From assembly GCF_963506605.1 (NCBI RefSeq), contig NC_083278.1, forward strand, positions 4,526,001 through 4,590,000: 64,000 nucleotides of DNA. Reading direction: 5' to 3'. Origin of the DNA: Zootoca vivipara (Eukaryota). How positions within the stretch are numbered: position 1 is the first letter of the stretch; each line of letters opens with the position of its first letter. The notes beneath the pieces are model-generated. The model searched no databases and had not been told where the DNA came from. It worked only from the letters and a program-made list of their open reading frames with translations. Shown here in pieces: positions 1 through 11,433 of this stretch. The translations under genes and the position numbers were made by a program.

Positions 1-486
1 TACACAAACGACATGCATTTTAATCAAATGTGTAGCCCATTTATGCTGAAAATTGCATAGTTTGTTTTTTTGCTGCACCAATCTCTGCTTTGAAACCATA
101 GCCAATCATATGACAACTGAATGTGAAGATTGCTACTCTGTATGGTTTGCTACATGGAAACAGCTTATCTGTAGGACTTTTGTAACATGTAAAGCAACAC
201 AATGTTCTCAACTAGAAAAGGTGCATACTGTATTCAGAAAAGGTTGCTTTGCAGATAGGAATAAACTAATTAACAGCAATGCTAGAATTTCATAGTTGAG
301 AGATGCAAAATATACAGACCACATGCCACAATTCTGTTTGGCCTTAAGGACTCCTGAATACTTTATGAGAATCTTGATGATTTTTGAAAATTTACATTTC
401 TTGCTATTATAGTTTTGAAGAAAATCTTGACAGCCTGGCTTTCACAGGTGGTCTGACAAGAATGAGGGTGGGTTTAGGAGCTAGCC

Positions 487-614
487 CAGCCTCCCTCAAC
501 CTTGAGTCCCCAGATGTTGTTGAACTACAACGCTTGTCACCCTGGACCACATAGCTAGGGATGGTGGGAGTTGTAGTCCAACAACACCTGGGGACTCGAT
601 GCTGAGAGAGGCTG
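487..614. mobile_element. Palindromic non-autonomous hAT (Charlie-type) MITE
   Basis: CAGCC...GGCTG inverted termini, internal palindrome (aactacaac...gggagttgtagtcc), degenerate 8-bp flanks agctagcc/ggctagac. Confidence 0.7.
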
Positions 615-842
615 GGCTAGACTATGCCTGAAATTCTGGAATGGAGCGGATTGTCATACTAACTGGCTGGAAGGACCCAAATAAGAAGCCAGAGCAGCTA
701 AAGATATGATGACACTATGATATCCTGATGTCCTCTCTGGCCAAGAACCACCTTAAAGAACAAGGTGAGGCATGTTTGATGGGCAAATACATCGCACATA
801 ACGGCGTTTTCCAAAAGTAGCATACAAGACTAATAAAGGCAC

Positions 843-977
843 AGAATTGTAGTTGGAAGGGACCACAAGGGTCATCTAGTCCAATCCCCTGCAATGCAGG
901 AACATGCAACTGTCCCATACGGGGATCAAACCTGCAATCGTGGCATTATCAGCACCACGCTCTAACCAACTGAGCTA
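843..977 (-). mobile_element. tRNA-derived SINE with CR1-type 3' tail
   Basis: Minus strand reads tagctcagttggttagagcgtggtgctgataa... (A/B-box-like head) and ends ...ggtcccttccaactacaattct; further copies at ~12250, ~16430, ~27130, ~51110. Confidence 0.75.
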
Positions 978-1742
978 AACAACTCCATTATTCTTATGTG
1001 AGTAGTGGAGCCAACCACAAGAAGACGCACACAGCCCAGCAGCTGATGCATTCGCAACAGCTCACTTCTAGGAGCTGGAAACCTACGATACCCCATTCTT
1101 CACCTAACTGAACTATGACCAACAACACCTGGTGCAGAGTGGCCAAGAACAGGTGTCAGACTCAGTCCCAGGGCCCAAGTAAGTAACACAGAGTGGAGGT
1201 AACACAGCAAAGTTTGTAAAAGGAACTTAAGGTGATGCAATTGTAGAACTGTACAGAAGAAGAATAAAGGAGCAGGGAAGGAAATACATGGGCTAAATAT
1301 ATCCAAGGGTAAGTTAACACAAACGGAATAAGGCAACCTCCAATTCTTTCTAGCTAATAGGAGAGATGGCATGCATGACTGCATGAGACTCTCATGTTCA
1401 AACTAATGAAAACTGATGTTTAAGGTTTTTAAAAATTTAAATCTTTTTTTAAAACCCACATAATTTGGGTCTTTAAAAAAGCAAATTATTTGTTAACTCC
1501 GTTTCTTACAGGGGAAAAGACACATGGGATTTCTATAACCAACACATTTAACAGTCCTAATTTTGTTCTTTAAATAGCATGCATGAGAGAGGCAATCACA
1601 GCACTTGGGGAGGGAGCCTTTATCTCTTTTCCCCACACTGTGTGGTCCTGATGGAAACTACCCTCTTTAGCCCCAGGACAGTTTTCTCCACTCATGGCTG
1701 CTGCTTATGGAACAAAATGCAGACATGCTAACCATTACATAC

Positions 1743-1802
1743 ATTTAACATCATGGCTAGTTTGTCCCACAGTAGTTTCCACATACCACATCTATAATGC
1801 CA
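1743..1802 (-). CDS. Candidate downstream exon of the novel gene (WHYRCGMWKLLWDKLAMMLN)
   Basis: Acceptor tgttgtttttctAG, 60 nt open in phase 0, donor AAT|GTATGT; shares LWDK with the 10.4-kb exon; speculative. Confidence 0.3.
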
Positions 1803-2482
1803 CTAGAAAAACAACATTTCAAGACCCAAATCAAACATATGAAAGGTATCAGATTCAAAAGATATTTCAGCAACCATTGTTGTAGGCGAAGGCATGAAGG
1901 CTGGGCGATACTCCAATTTACTGTCTGAAACTGGGATGGTGTTCACTCCCCAGCCACCATGATGGATCGGGAGCTCAAATTGCCTTTGCACAAGCAGGCA
2001 AGCTGCACCTTTCCTCTTGGGTCAGTTGGTCGCTCCAGGAAGAAAGACGCAGTCTGCCCACTCAGGTGAATGTGCTTCTCAGGCTCCGTGCCTGCCTGCC
2101 TTTGCCCGGGAGGGCAGGCTGCATCTTTAATCCCGGAGCAACCACCCACTCCAAGAGGAAAGACAAAGCCCGCCCGCTTGGGCAAAGGCAGGCAAGTGCC
2201 TTTGAGGGAGTTCCAATGCCCTACCAGCTTGCGTATGAGCCAGAGCGGAATCAGGGCCACCCTCGAACTGCTCAGCTGGGCAGGGGGAAGCCTCTCGACC
2301 CCCAGCTGAGCAAGCGCTGACACCTTTCCAGCTCGTGACAGAGCTTCCTTGAACCACTCAATTGGGAGGGAAGCATAGACGCTCACTTAGCTGTGGGGCA
2401 GAAGGCTCTCCCCTCAGCTGAGCAGTTCAAGGAAGTCCTGGGCTCGTGCAAACTGGAGAGGCATTGGGGCTCACTCACCATG

Positions 2483-2638
2483 TAGGGCTGGGCAATGTAT
2501 CTCAGCTGCTTTTTCCATCCTAAGATGGGGAGGAAGAAACAGCCTAGACACATTCAAGACATCATGCTATATCAGCATATCGCAGTATTTAGCTGCTGAT
2601 ATATCACAATGTGGAAAGCCAGGTATTGCCCAGCCCTA
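2483..2638. mobile_element. hAT-like non-autonomous DNA transposon remnant
   Basis: Perfect 14-bp TIRs TAGGGCTGGGCAAT / ATTGCCCAGCCCTA; no clear TSD. Confidence 0.55.
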
Positions 2639-3800
2639 CTAGGCTTCTTCATAGCTGTAGGTCTTCCTCAAACGTTAGAAAGACATATTGCAAACTGACA
2701 CTGTATTTTGTTTCTTACCCTCACAAAGCAGTTCTCTCTTTCCAGCAGGGCCTGGGTGGAACCAACAACATCCTGTCTTTCATTAACTATAGCCTAATAA
2801 AATACCAGCAAAATCTGTGAAGTAAAACTGCTGAATGAAAAGCAGTAATTAAGAATTAATTCTATGAGCAGGACAGCACTGTAGGATAAGTAGATCCATG
2901 ATTAAAGAAGACACAGGAAATAAAGCTACATAAACATCTTTTAAAAATTAATGGGATTTGGGTGCAACTTTGAGGCTATATTGAATTATAGATAATCTTG
3001 GAGTAGAATAAAAAGTGCAAAGAGAAACAAAAAGTGGTGAAAGAAGTTGCCATTATTACTTCTTGTACAGATCAGAAGGTTAGAAGGAAAGCAGACTTTT
3101 CTGGTTGGAGCTATTAATCCAACATGCTTTAAGATATTTTATATTAATTTAGAATAAGTAGAATACATATTTAGAATATTTAATACTATTAGTATTTACT
3201 TTGAGAATACATCCTAAAATTGTATAATAAACATATAAATAAAACATTCTTATTTTGAGTTTTAGCACAAGTCAAAAAAAATTCCCCAGAGTCTACAATA
3301 GTGTGCTCCACTTCAATCCTATTTTAGAAATGCTGCACCACTGAATCAAAAGGTCAATAATTTGGTGATAAGCATCTATTCTTAAGGAAATTCAGGGGCA
3401 AACTTACAATCTTTCTTTTGCAAAGCAGACCCAAAATAATTCTAGTCATTAAATCGTCCTGTGGGAAGGATCCTGGTGTCTTTTTATTTTTTTTGTTGCT
3501 GTTTTAAATTGTGTTTTAAAGCTTCTTGTAAACCATATTGGAAATATTGCAGAACATAAACAACTGTAATAAATGAATAAATAACTTGCAGTCCTACATA
3601 CATATATTATTTACCCAAATAGATGTCACATTTAAAAAGTTGTTTCATTTTAATTTTAAAAAATAATTAAAATATAACTACAGTATAAAAATCCCCATGC
3701 AGAGCAGACAAGAACTGAGCTTTATCTGAACCCCAAACTATATGGAACTCAAAGTACAGATGACTTTACAACAACAAAGTGGCTGTCAGTCCTTGTGTAC

Positions 3801-3941
3801 CTTGTAGTAATATATTTTGTCAGCCTCATGCTCTACGAAACCTCTTAACAAGAGTATCCACCTTCTCTCCAAAGCTGAGAAAGCTTTATTAGAGTAGTGC
3901 CAGTACTGATTTCTTACTACTGCCGCCAAACTCAGGTGTAC
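3801..3941 (-). CDS. Candidate exon of the novel gene (VHLSLAAVVRNQYWHYSNKAFSALERRWILLLRGFVEHEADKIYYYK)
   Basis: Acceptor ctgaaacatttttccatagcgcAG, 141 nt open phase 0 to phase 0, donor AAG|GTACAC; lies inside ORF 3786..4127. Confidence 0.4.
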
Positions 3942-4172
3942 CTGCGCTATGGAAAAATGTTTCAGCCAGTTTTCAGAATCTTTGGTCCCTCCAGGTTGAA
4001 GACTTCTGCCAGCCTTGCTGGGTGATCTACTCAAGGGTGTAGAGACTGCTGGAAGAGACTTACAAGAAAGCAGGGTGGAGTGAGGAATCACAGTGAATAC
4101 ACCATATTCTATCAACCCAAGATTCAAATTTGCCTACACAAAGTATTATCCTCAGCATTCATCCAAAAGAAA

Positions 4173-4557
4173 ATAAAAAAATTTCTTCAGTAGCACCTTA
4201 AAGACCAACTAAGTTTTTATTTTTTTTATTTTTTTGGTCCCTCCACTACCATGGAGGGACCTGGTTTGAACAGAGATATCGGATTCTTATCTCATTATAC
4301 ATGATAAGCGATCTTCAGCCATCTCAACCCTTGCTTTTTCATGCAAAACCATTTGCAGTCGTTTTCGGTCATCAACAGCTATCGGTCCACCACCCTTCTG
4401 AGTGATCCCCCATCCCCACCCCCTCCCCACCCCTTCTCTACATAAGTGCCTGGGGACTCCTATTTCACTGTATCTGAAGAAGTGTGCATGCACACGAAAG
4501 CTCATACCAAAATAAAAACTTAGTTGGTCTTTAAGGTGCTACTGAAGGAATTTTTTT
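4173..4557 (+). mobile_element. Penelope-like element 3' fragment with inverted terminal segment
   Basis: GIY-YIG C-terminus (MEGPGLNRDIGFLSHYT*); ~4175-4230 is the reverse complement of ~4508-4557; 12-bp direct repeat ATCCAAAAGAAA on both sides (4161-4172, 4558-4569). Confidence 0.8.
4470..4507 (+). ncRNA. Minimal type I hammerhead ribozyme motif (PLE-associated)
   Basis: gtat-CTGAAGA-a-GTGTGCATGCACAC-GAAA-GC-TC-atac: conserved core, palindromic stem II, very short stem III, stem I gtat/atac. Confidence 0.7.
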
Positions 4558-4864
4558 ATCCAAAAGAAAGTTGAGAAGGATGGAACACTACATCCTGAAA
4601 TCTTTTGCTTTCAGTTCAGTGCAGTCAGTACTTAAATGAAATGTAATTCCTTTCCCATGTCTCTAGAAAATGGAGTGCCCCTCTCCAAATGGAAACAGGG
4701 CCACATGTAGGCCACCATAGTCTTCTTGCTCACACCAGAATCTGGCCACCATTTCAGGGCTATAATGGTCTGGCAGCCACATTCTGCAACCACTGACACA
4801 CCTGCACTTAATCAACTGACCTGCTTGATTTTTCTTAAAGAAAAGACTAGCTTAAGACTAGCTT

Positions 4865-5030
4865 TCCCACCCACCCCCACCACCCTCTGTATATATACAT
4901 AAGGGTCTGACTCTTCTGTTTCAAGTGTATCTGACGAAGTGTGCATGCACACAAAAGCTCATACCAAAATAAAAACTTAGTTGGTCTTTAAGGTGCTACT
5001 GAAGGAATTTTTTTATTTTGCTTTAGACTA
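4865..5030 (+). mobile_element. Penelope-like terminal repeat fragment with mutated hammerhead
   Basis: Near-identical to ~4420-4557; core CTGACGA...AAAA (GAAA lost). Confidence 0.75.
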
Positions 5031-5968
5031 CTGTATGACTTACAAAGTAACCACATAAACATTGTGAATAAATAAAATCCTGTGCATTTCTCTGCTACTA
5101 CAAACATTTGGAAACTAAACAGGACTCTTTTTTGACATGATGAGTAATTATATAAATTGCCTTCAATATATAACTGCCTTAGCTTAGCCACCGATGGAGC
5201 TGACAGTCCATTAACAGGAAAAGCATGCAGCTCAATAACAATGCTCAGCATTTGTACAGTACTTTGAGTCTAATTCCTTGCAATCCCTGTCACCCCCCTG
5301 TGTCCGATGGGGGCCTGAGGCTGAGAGAGAAAAGCGTGGCCAAGGCCATGTGATGCAGTCATGGCAGAGGTGACATTCAAAGCCAGGATGCAAATGCTTA
5401 GCTCAGTGCATTATTTTTATTATTTATTTCAAGTATTTATATACCACTTTTCATCTGAAAATTTCCCAAAGGAGTTCAATAGCCATTGTGTTATGCCTGC
5501 TTGTAAATATGAAGATAACCCTTCTGAGCAGGATAAGGAAAATTTCCCCAGATTCTTATTTATATTCCAGCTTTTCTCCAAGGACCTCAAAGTGGTGCAC
5601 ACACTTTCCCCTCCCCTCTCTGTTTTATCCTCACAGTGACCCTGTGAGGTAGGCTAGACTGAGAGACTGTGAGTGCCCCACGGTCATCTTTGGGGAAGAG
5701 TGGGGATTCAAATCCTGGTTCCCCTGGTCCATCACTCTTGCCAGTACACCACCATTGGCTCTTTTGAAATGTAAAGAATCAAGGTCTAGCTAAGGAATTT
5801 GGCTACTTATGTTGAAATCAGTTGACCTCACAATGGGAGTTTTAGATTTATTAATTTTTTAAAGAAACTTAATTAAATCAAAATGAAACGCTGTTTTAAC
5901 TGTTTTGCACAGCACTGCCTATTTTGTGATAGTGGATATGGTCCCACGTTAAGCACCTAGTCACTCAC

Positions 5969-6073
5969 TTGTTTCCGCTCCGCCCTCATCTGCTCCATTT
6001 GGGCCCTTGGACAGCGAAGTCTTATGAGCCACTCCAAGTCTGTACTTTCCTGCCTTGGCACTCCAGGATAGAC
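5969..6073 (-). CDS. Novel gene exon (VYPGVPRQESTDLEWLIRLRCPRAQMEQMRAERKQ)
   Basis: Pyrimidine tract + catcctAG acceptor, 105 nt open phase 0, consensus donor CAA|GTGAGT; paralogous to the exon at 9373-9483. Confidence 0.75.
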
Positions 6074-6695
6074 CTAGGATGAAATGGTTAACTTTGCAAA
6101 AAGGGAAAAAAAAGAGCCCACTAGTCTTAACAAACAAAAATATCCAGAGGCCTTTAAAGAATATACTGGCTCCTCTCAACAGCTCCAGATCACAGCTTGT
6201 CAAGCCAGACGTCAACTTTCTAATAACTCACTCTAAAACTATATGTATCTTGTAGGCTACTGAGTGGAATGGGGAGCCTGCACTTAGTACAACAGAACTT
6301 CTCTACAATAGACAATAAGTGTTCCAAAGTTAGGTCATAGGACTGTGACATCAGTCCTGAATTCCAACTTATTCAATTCTTTGTGATGCTTTTCTTTATT
6401 CCCTAAAAGTTCTTTCTACCTGAAAGAACATGGCATAATAGCAAAGGATATGTAGAAATTAGATAAGGTGACTAAGCAGAATGTATTTGGCATAGTGTTA
6501 TGGAAAGTGCTGTATCTTAGAAGTACAATGCACACATACAGTGCTTCCCAAAATTCTCGTCTTCTGCTATAGTTCTGAGAAACTAAGAAACAGGCCAATT
6601 ACAGCACAAACATGCAATACATCCTTAATGATACATAAGAAACTAGTTTAACAATGTTTCTATGTAGCTATCACACTAAGATTTAAATAGCTGTA

Positions 6696-6926
6696 CAGTA
6701 GTACCTCGGCTTACGAACAGTCCTGCTTACGAACGCTTCGGGTTACAAACTCCACAAACCCGGAAGTAGGTGTCCCAGGTTGCAAACTTTGCCCCAGGAT
6801 AAGAACACAATCTGCTTCCGGGGCCGCAGGAGGCCTATGTAGGGAATGCACACCTCGGATTAAGAATGCTTTGGGTTAAGAATGGACTTCCGGAATGAAT
6901 TAAGTTTGTAACCTGAAGTACCACTG
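6696..6926. mobile_element. TcMar-Tigger-type MITE
   Basis: TA-CAGTAGTACCTC...GTACCACTG-TA termini with TA duplication. Confidence 0.8.
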
Positions 6927-7948
6927 TAAACGACTGCATTACCACATCTCAATTTTTATGCTTTTTTTTTTAAGATGCTCTGGGAGCTACAACCAAAAAA
7001 ATGGCTAATACTGTATATGTTTTAAACATATAAATAAATAGTCCTTAAGGGAGCTGAAAGGGGGTGAAAAGAATTACAGCTTCCCATGTTTAATTTGCCT
7101 CACTTATAACACTTTCAAACAGATGTTCCAAGTTTTGTAATCAACACAAAACCCGTAAAACCTATTTGTTGAGTTGAAAGTTAAATGTATAAACAACCAA
7201 CAAACCATAATTCATTTCCAAATCACCAGCTCTAAAAATACTAGCATCTGTCACCAACCTTAGCCACAACAGGTTTCTGAAAATTAATTTCAGTTTAACT
7301 TGTATCTGTTTCCCTTCACATAACATGTGATAAAGAATATATAACAAATAAGTAAATGATTATTTTTTAACAATATCCAGCTCCTTCTTATCATTTATCT
7401 TTAATTGCCAGTTTAGTTTACTTATAGAATGTGTTGGCTGCTTTTCCATCCAAAGGTGCCCAAAGACAATATTTATTGCTATTTATTGAGCAGATGAAGT
7501 TTTGTGGTACATTCTGTCTCTTTAATGTTATTGTTGCTTACTAAATTTGTATACCACCCTTCTTCCATAGATCTCAGGGCGGTACACAACATAAAACAAG
7601 ATACAGAGGATTGCTTCATGGGATCAGTAGGAAACTAAGTAGCAGTGCTCTCTGAAATCCCCCTCCCAAATCAGACACAGCTTCTCCTAACAAATTTCAG
7701 GAGACAATAAAAGCCATGTATTTAAGAAGGGATAGCATTTTTGAAAATTTTAGAAGCATTGTGGAGACATATATAACACAAATCTTAAATATTGTGAAAG
7801 AAAGGAAAAGCAAACAGAAGAAGGCTCTTATGAACTGATGCACTGTTACCATCATCATATCCATCAAGAATTAAAAATCAGTATGTCTGGAATTCAGAAT
7901 GCATCAGCTTTATTGCATTTATTCAAGAAAACATTTGACCTTCTGTAC

Positions 7949-8032
7949 CTGGTAAGGTGTAATGGGCATCCATTCTGTAAGCGCTATAAAATCCTCTTCT
8001 TTATCCAAATGTGAGAATCCAGTCTTTGTAGG
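7949..8032 (-). CDS. Novel gene exon (PTKTGFSHLDKEEDFIALTEWMPITPYQ)
   Basis: Acceptor atcattacAG, 84 nt open phase 0, donor CAG|GTACAG. Confidence 0.6.
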
Positions 8033-9372
8033 CTGTAATGATATTTGATGGATAAATTTGAAGTAAAAAAAGCATCTAAAGCAATGCTTGCTTGAGAGTA
8101 TGTCTCATTGTCACATCTTTCTGACTTAAGAGTGAGCAGTGACAGGCTGATGTGCTTTAAGTTCCAAGAGATCTCCCAGTTTCCTCAAAACAAGTGTGTT
8201 TCTTTAAAAAGCGTGAGAGCCAATGTAATGCAAGTATCACACAAGGGTTTTTTTTTCTTTCCTCTCCTCCCTCCTGAGTCCTCCCAACCCCCTCAAACAA
8301 GGGGGCTAGATGCAGAAGAGAAACTGAAAATCATGTTGCACAAGCTGATTTCCGTTGAACAAAGGGACATACTGTATATCACCGCATGTTACCCCAAGAG
8401 TATAAACTTAGTTTCTTTCAGTCATTAAAAATATCATTTAATTGGCTTGGGGAAAATGCCAAAAAATTTCACCTTCACAGGACAACCAAGCACTGAGGAA
8501 AATAAAGTCAGTGTTGGAGTAGGAATTTTTAAAAAAATCTGAGTAGAAAAATTGTCTTCTAAATCAGATGCTTTAAAAAATCAGACTATATGCATTTTAA
8601 AAATCATACTATATGGTTGGAGATATTGTGTGTGTGTGTGCATCTGACGTGGCACAGCCCTTACTACTTTATGCTCACAAGGTAAAGGAAGCCCCAGCTG
8701 ACACAGTGTCCAGGCGAATTAAGCAGATGTGCAAGAAGAGGGTAGGTAGAGCCCCTTAGGTTAATTAAGTTTATTAAAATAAACAGTGAGACAGCTCAGA
8801 ATAGTAAGGGCATTATGTGCCAAGACCCAAATCTAGGGGGGAAAAACTTTTAACTCAGGAGCTAAATTCTAAGGGTAGGAAGTCTTGAGAAAAGCTCTCA
8901 GGGGAGGGGAGTTCTCACATGCCCATGTGCTGCTTGCAGGTTTCCCACAGACATGTGACTGGCCAGATCCGGCAGAATCTTATGTTCGTATGACATGGGA
9001 ATTTCATGGTGTCTCCTACATTTTCATGTATCATATTAAATTTATTTTGAAATATTCAGTGTTGTTAAGATGCTATACTTTTGAACTGCATATGCAGTCA
9101 ACTGGATCCAGAAGGAATTTAGAGCAAGAGGAAATGAGTTTATCCCAACTGCATGTTGAGTATATGTGGCACATGAATTTGGCTAATTTTTAAAAGCAAA
9201 ATCTAAATATAGAGGCAGAATTCGATCAATTATGTAGTTCTTTACTAAATCAACCCAATGCCCAATTATCCAGGTTGCACACTGAGAACTGTTGTGTCAC
9301 AAAGGTTCATACACATTGTTGTCCTCTTCTCAAGTCTTAGATACATAAACGTCAGGTTACTAAAATATTGAC

Positions 9373-9483
9373 CTTTTTTGCTTGGGCATATCTACGATAT
9401 CGATGCCGGGCTTTTGGACAGCAAACTTTTATAAGCCAGTCTTCTCCTGAGTTGTCACTATCTAAAGATGTTGCTGAATCAGT
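9373..9483 (-). CDS. Novel gene exon (TDSATSLDSDNSGEDWLIKVCCPKARHRYRRYAQAKK)
   Basis: Strong acceptor tgtttgttgttttttctAG; only the phase-0 frame is open (111 nt); donor AAG|GTCAAT. Confidence 0.75.
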
Positions 9484-9723
9484 CTAGAAAAAACAACAAA
9501 CACATTAAAGTGAATGATAAACAATGGAAACTTTCTGCATAGATGGCTTTCCCCAACCAACTAGAACTGCCATTTGTAGAAATGCCGGTTTGTTTAGAAG
9601 CCTACAAAGAATGTTCTTGATAAAATTCTTCTCAGATGTCAACTGCTAAAAGTAATGGGGAAATCCTCATAACTAAATAATCAGGTGTGATCCCTACCTC
9701 TTGCTGAACTGCCCATTCTAGAA

Positions 9724-9853
9724 CAGGGATGGGGAACTTGAGGCCCTCCAAAGAGTTCCTGGGACTACATGCCTCACCACTGGCCATGCTGATGAGGCCT
9801 GCTGGGAACTGAAGGCCATGGAGATCTGGAGGACCAAAGGTTCCCCATCCATG
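9724..9853. mobile_element. hAT-Charlie-type MITE
   Basis: CAGGGATGGGGAAC...GTTCCCCATCCATG inverted termini with tctaga-like flanks. Confidence 0.6.
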
Positions 9854-10401
9854 TTTAGAACAATATCATTTATAGAGGGAGTTGGGTTGGGAACACGACT
9901 ACCTCAGTGCTTACCGAACATACGTAAGCTGCAGGGATACATACACCACTTTGAGAAAATCTGCTGTCTACTTCATGGGGGTGGGGGAAGAAAAAAACCT
10001 CTTTGCGTATTCATGTTATCACTAGCAGGGTATTTATAACAATGATGATTTTGCAGCTTCTGATGTTTTGTTGTTTATTATTACATTTTTGTGCTTGTAA
10101 TTATGTATTTTTTCACATGGCTTTATCTATTGAAAGGCGGCTAAGGAATAAAACGATGAATGGATGGGTGTAAAATACAGATACTTTAGATTATCTGTGC
10201 AATTATGTGCATGTTTCCTCAGAAGTCAGCCCCACTGTACTCAATAAGATCCCCCCCCCCAGGTTTAAGATTGGAGCTCGTCACCGTTTGCCCTTTGTAG
10301 TTTTAAGCACACATGTAAATATTTTGCCCAAGCTATGTGCTTTTATGGTTCTGAGACTCTTAGCCCCGAGTTTAAACTTTTATGTCAGTGGTTTCCTCAA
10401 C

Positions 10402-10464
10402 CTGCCTTGCCTTGTAGATACAAAGGAAGGTCTTATCCCAAAGATGCTTCGTGTGGTTTAAAAT
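10402..10464 (-). CDS. Novel gene candidate exon 2 (ILNHTKHLWDKTFLCIYKARQ)
   Basis: Acceptor cattctgtcgcttgcAG, 63 nt open phase 0, donor CAG|GTTGAG (or in-frame GC donor AAG|GCAAGG ending at 10411); W..C..KAR echo of the repeat motif. Confidence 0.45.
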
Positions 10465-10968
10465 CTGCAAGCGACAGAATGTGATGCTTGTACCTTTCAT
10501 GAACTTCAGATACTTGCTTAGATATGCTTTTAGTAGCAATGTTTACTCGTTTTTGGAAGCCAGCAAGTTGCCCAGGAAGCCAACTACACAACTTCAGATG
10601 AAATGTGCAATGGGTAGTGCCTAATACCAGTATATCGGCATTTCTTTTAAATCAGGATTGGTTTAAACTTAAATGGGGCTTATGGTAAGTTATCTTGCCA
10701 GTGGTGTTTTAAGTATTACACATGGATTTTATTATAGTTTTTGAGTGGAAGCATAACTGTAATTCTGCTTCCAGCTGGTTATGGATGGGCAATGCTTCAG
10801 CAGTGCTAAAGAGTCCTAGTGCTCAAATGACCGAAATCTACCGGTAGTTTGTGTGTGACAGACAGCAGAGCCAGAGTCTCAGAAATTCCAGCAGAGGGCT
10901 GAAGCCTCTCTCTGATTGGCTACCCAGCCAGCCTGCCAGGTGGAGCCAGCAGAATTGTGGCATGTGGT

Positions 10969-11185
10969 TAGGGTTGCCAGACTTAAGAGAGGACAGGACT
11001 TCTCTGCCTTTAATTGCCCTGCTCTCTTTTGAATCTGGAAACCTTAGAGAAACCAGCAGACCCTTTGTTTGGAAATTAAACAAAGGGTCTGCTGGTTTCT
11101 CTTTAAGGTTTCCAGACTCAAAAGAGAGCAGGGCAATCAATTAAAGGCACAGAAGTGCTGTCCTCTATTGAGTCTGGCAACCCTA
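10969..11185. mobile_element. Foldback hAT MITE
   Basis: TAGGGTTGCCAGACT...AGTCTGGCAACCCTA, near-complete palindrome, perfect 8-bp TSD CATGTGGT (10961-10968 / 11186-11193). Confidence 0.9.
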
Positions 11186-11433
11186 CATGTGGTCTGTATA
11201 TTTTGCATCTCTCAACTATTAAATTCTAGCATTGCTGTTAATTAGTTTATTCCTATCTGCAAAGCAACCTTTTCTGAATATGCACCTTTTCTAGTTAAGA
11301 ACATTGTGTTGCTTTACATGTTACAAAAGTCCTAAAATAAGCTGTTTCCATGTAGCAAACCATACAGAGTAGTAATCTTTGAGGGGTCAGACAGGGTTCA
11401 GGCTGAGAAATAGGGCTTGGTCTGAGATGGGAG

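Noticed and set aside
843-977. Possible tRNA genes at SINE heads (also ~12250, 16500, 27200, 51120)
   Set aside because: Degenerate, fused to CR1-like tails and dispersed, so SINEs rather than tRNAs
1943-2386. 147-aa minus-strand ORF
   Set aside because: No ATG start or convincing splice sites; lies between hAT-like TIR motifs (~1899 and 2483-2638), so likely transposon interior
6396-6421. Strong minus-strand acceptor inside the novel gene
   Set aside because: All three frames stop within 8 codons and no donor is evident; at most a poison or alternative terminal exon
7259-7276. 18-nt minus-strand micro-exon candidate (KPVVAK)
   Set aside because: Phase-compatible but too short, with a weak pyrimidine tract, to support without RNA data
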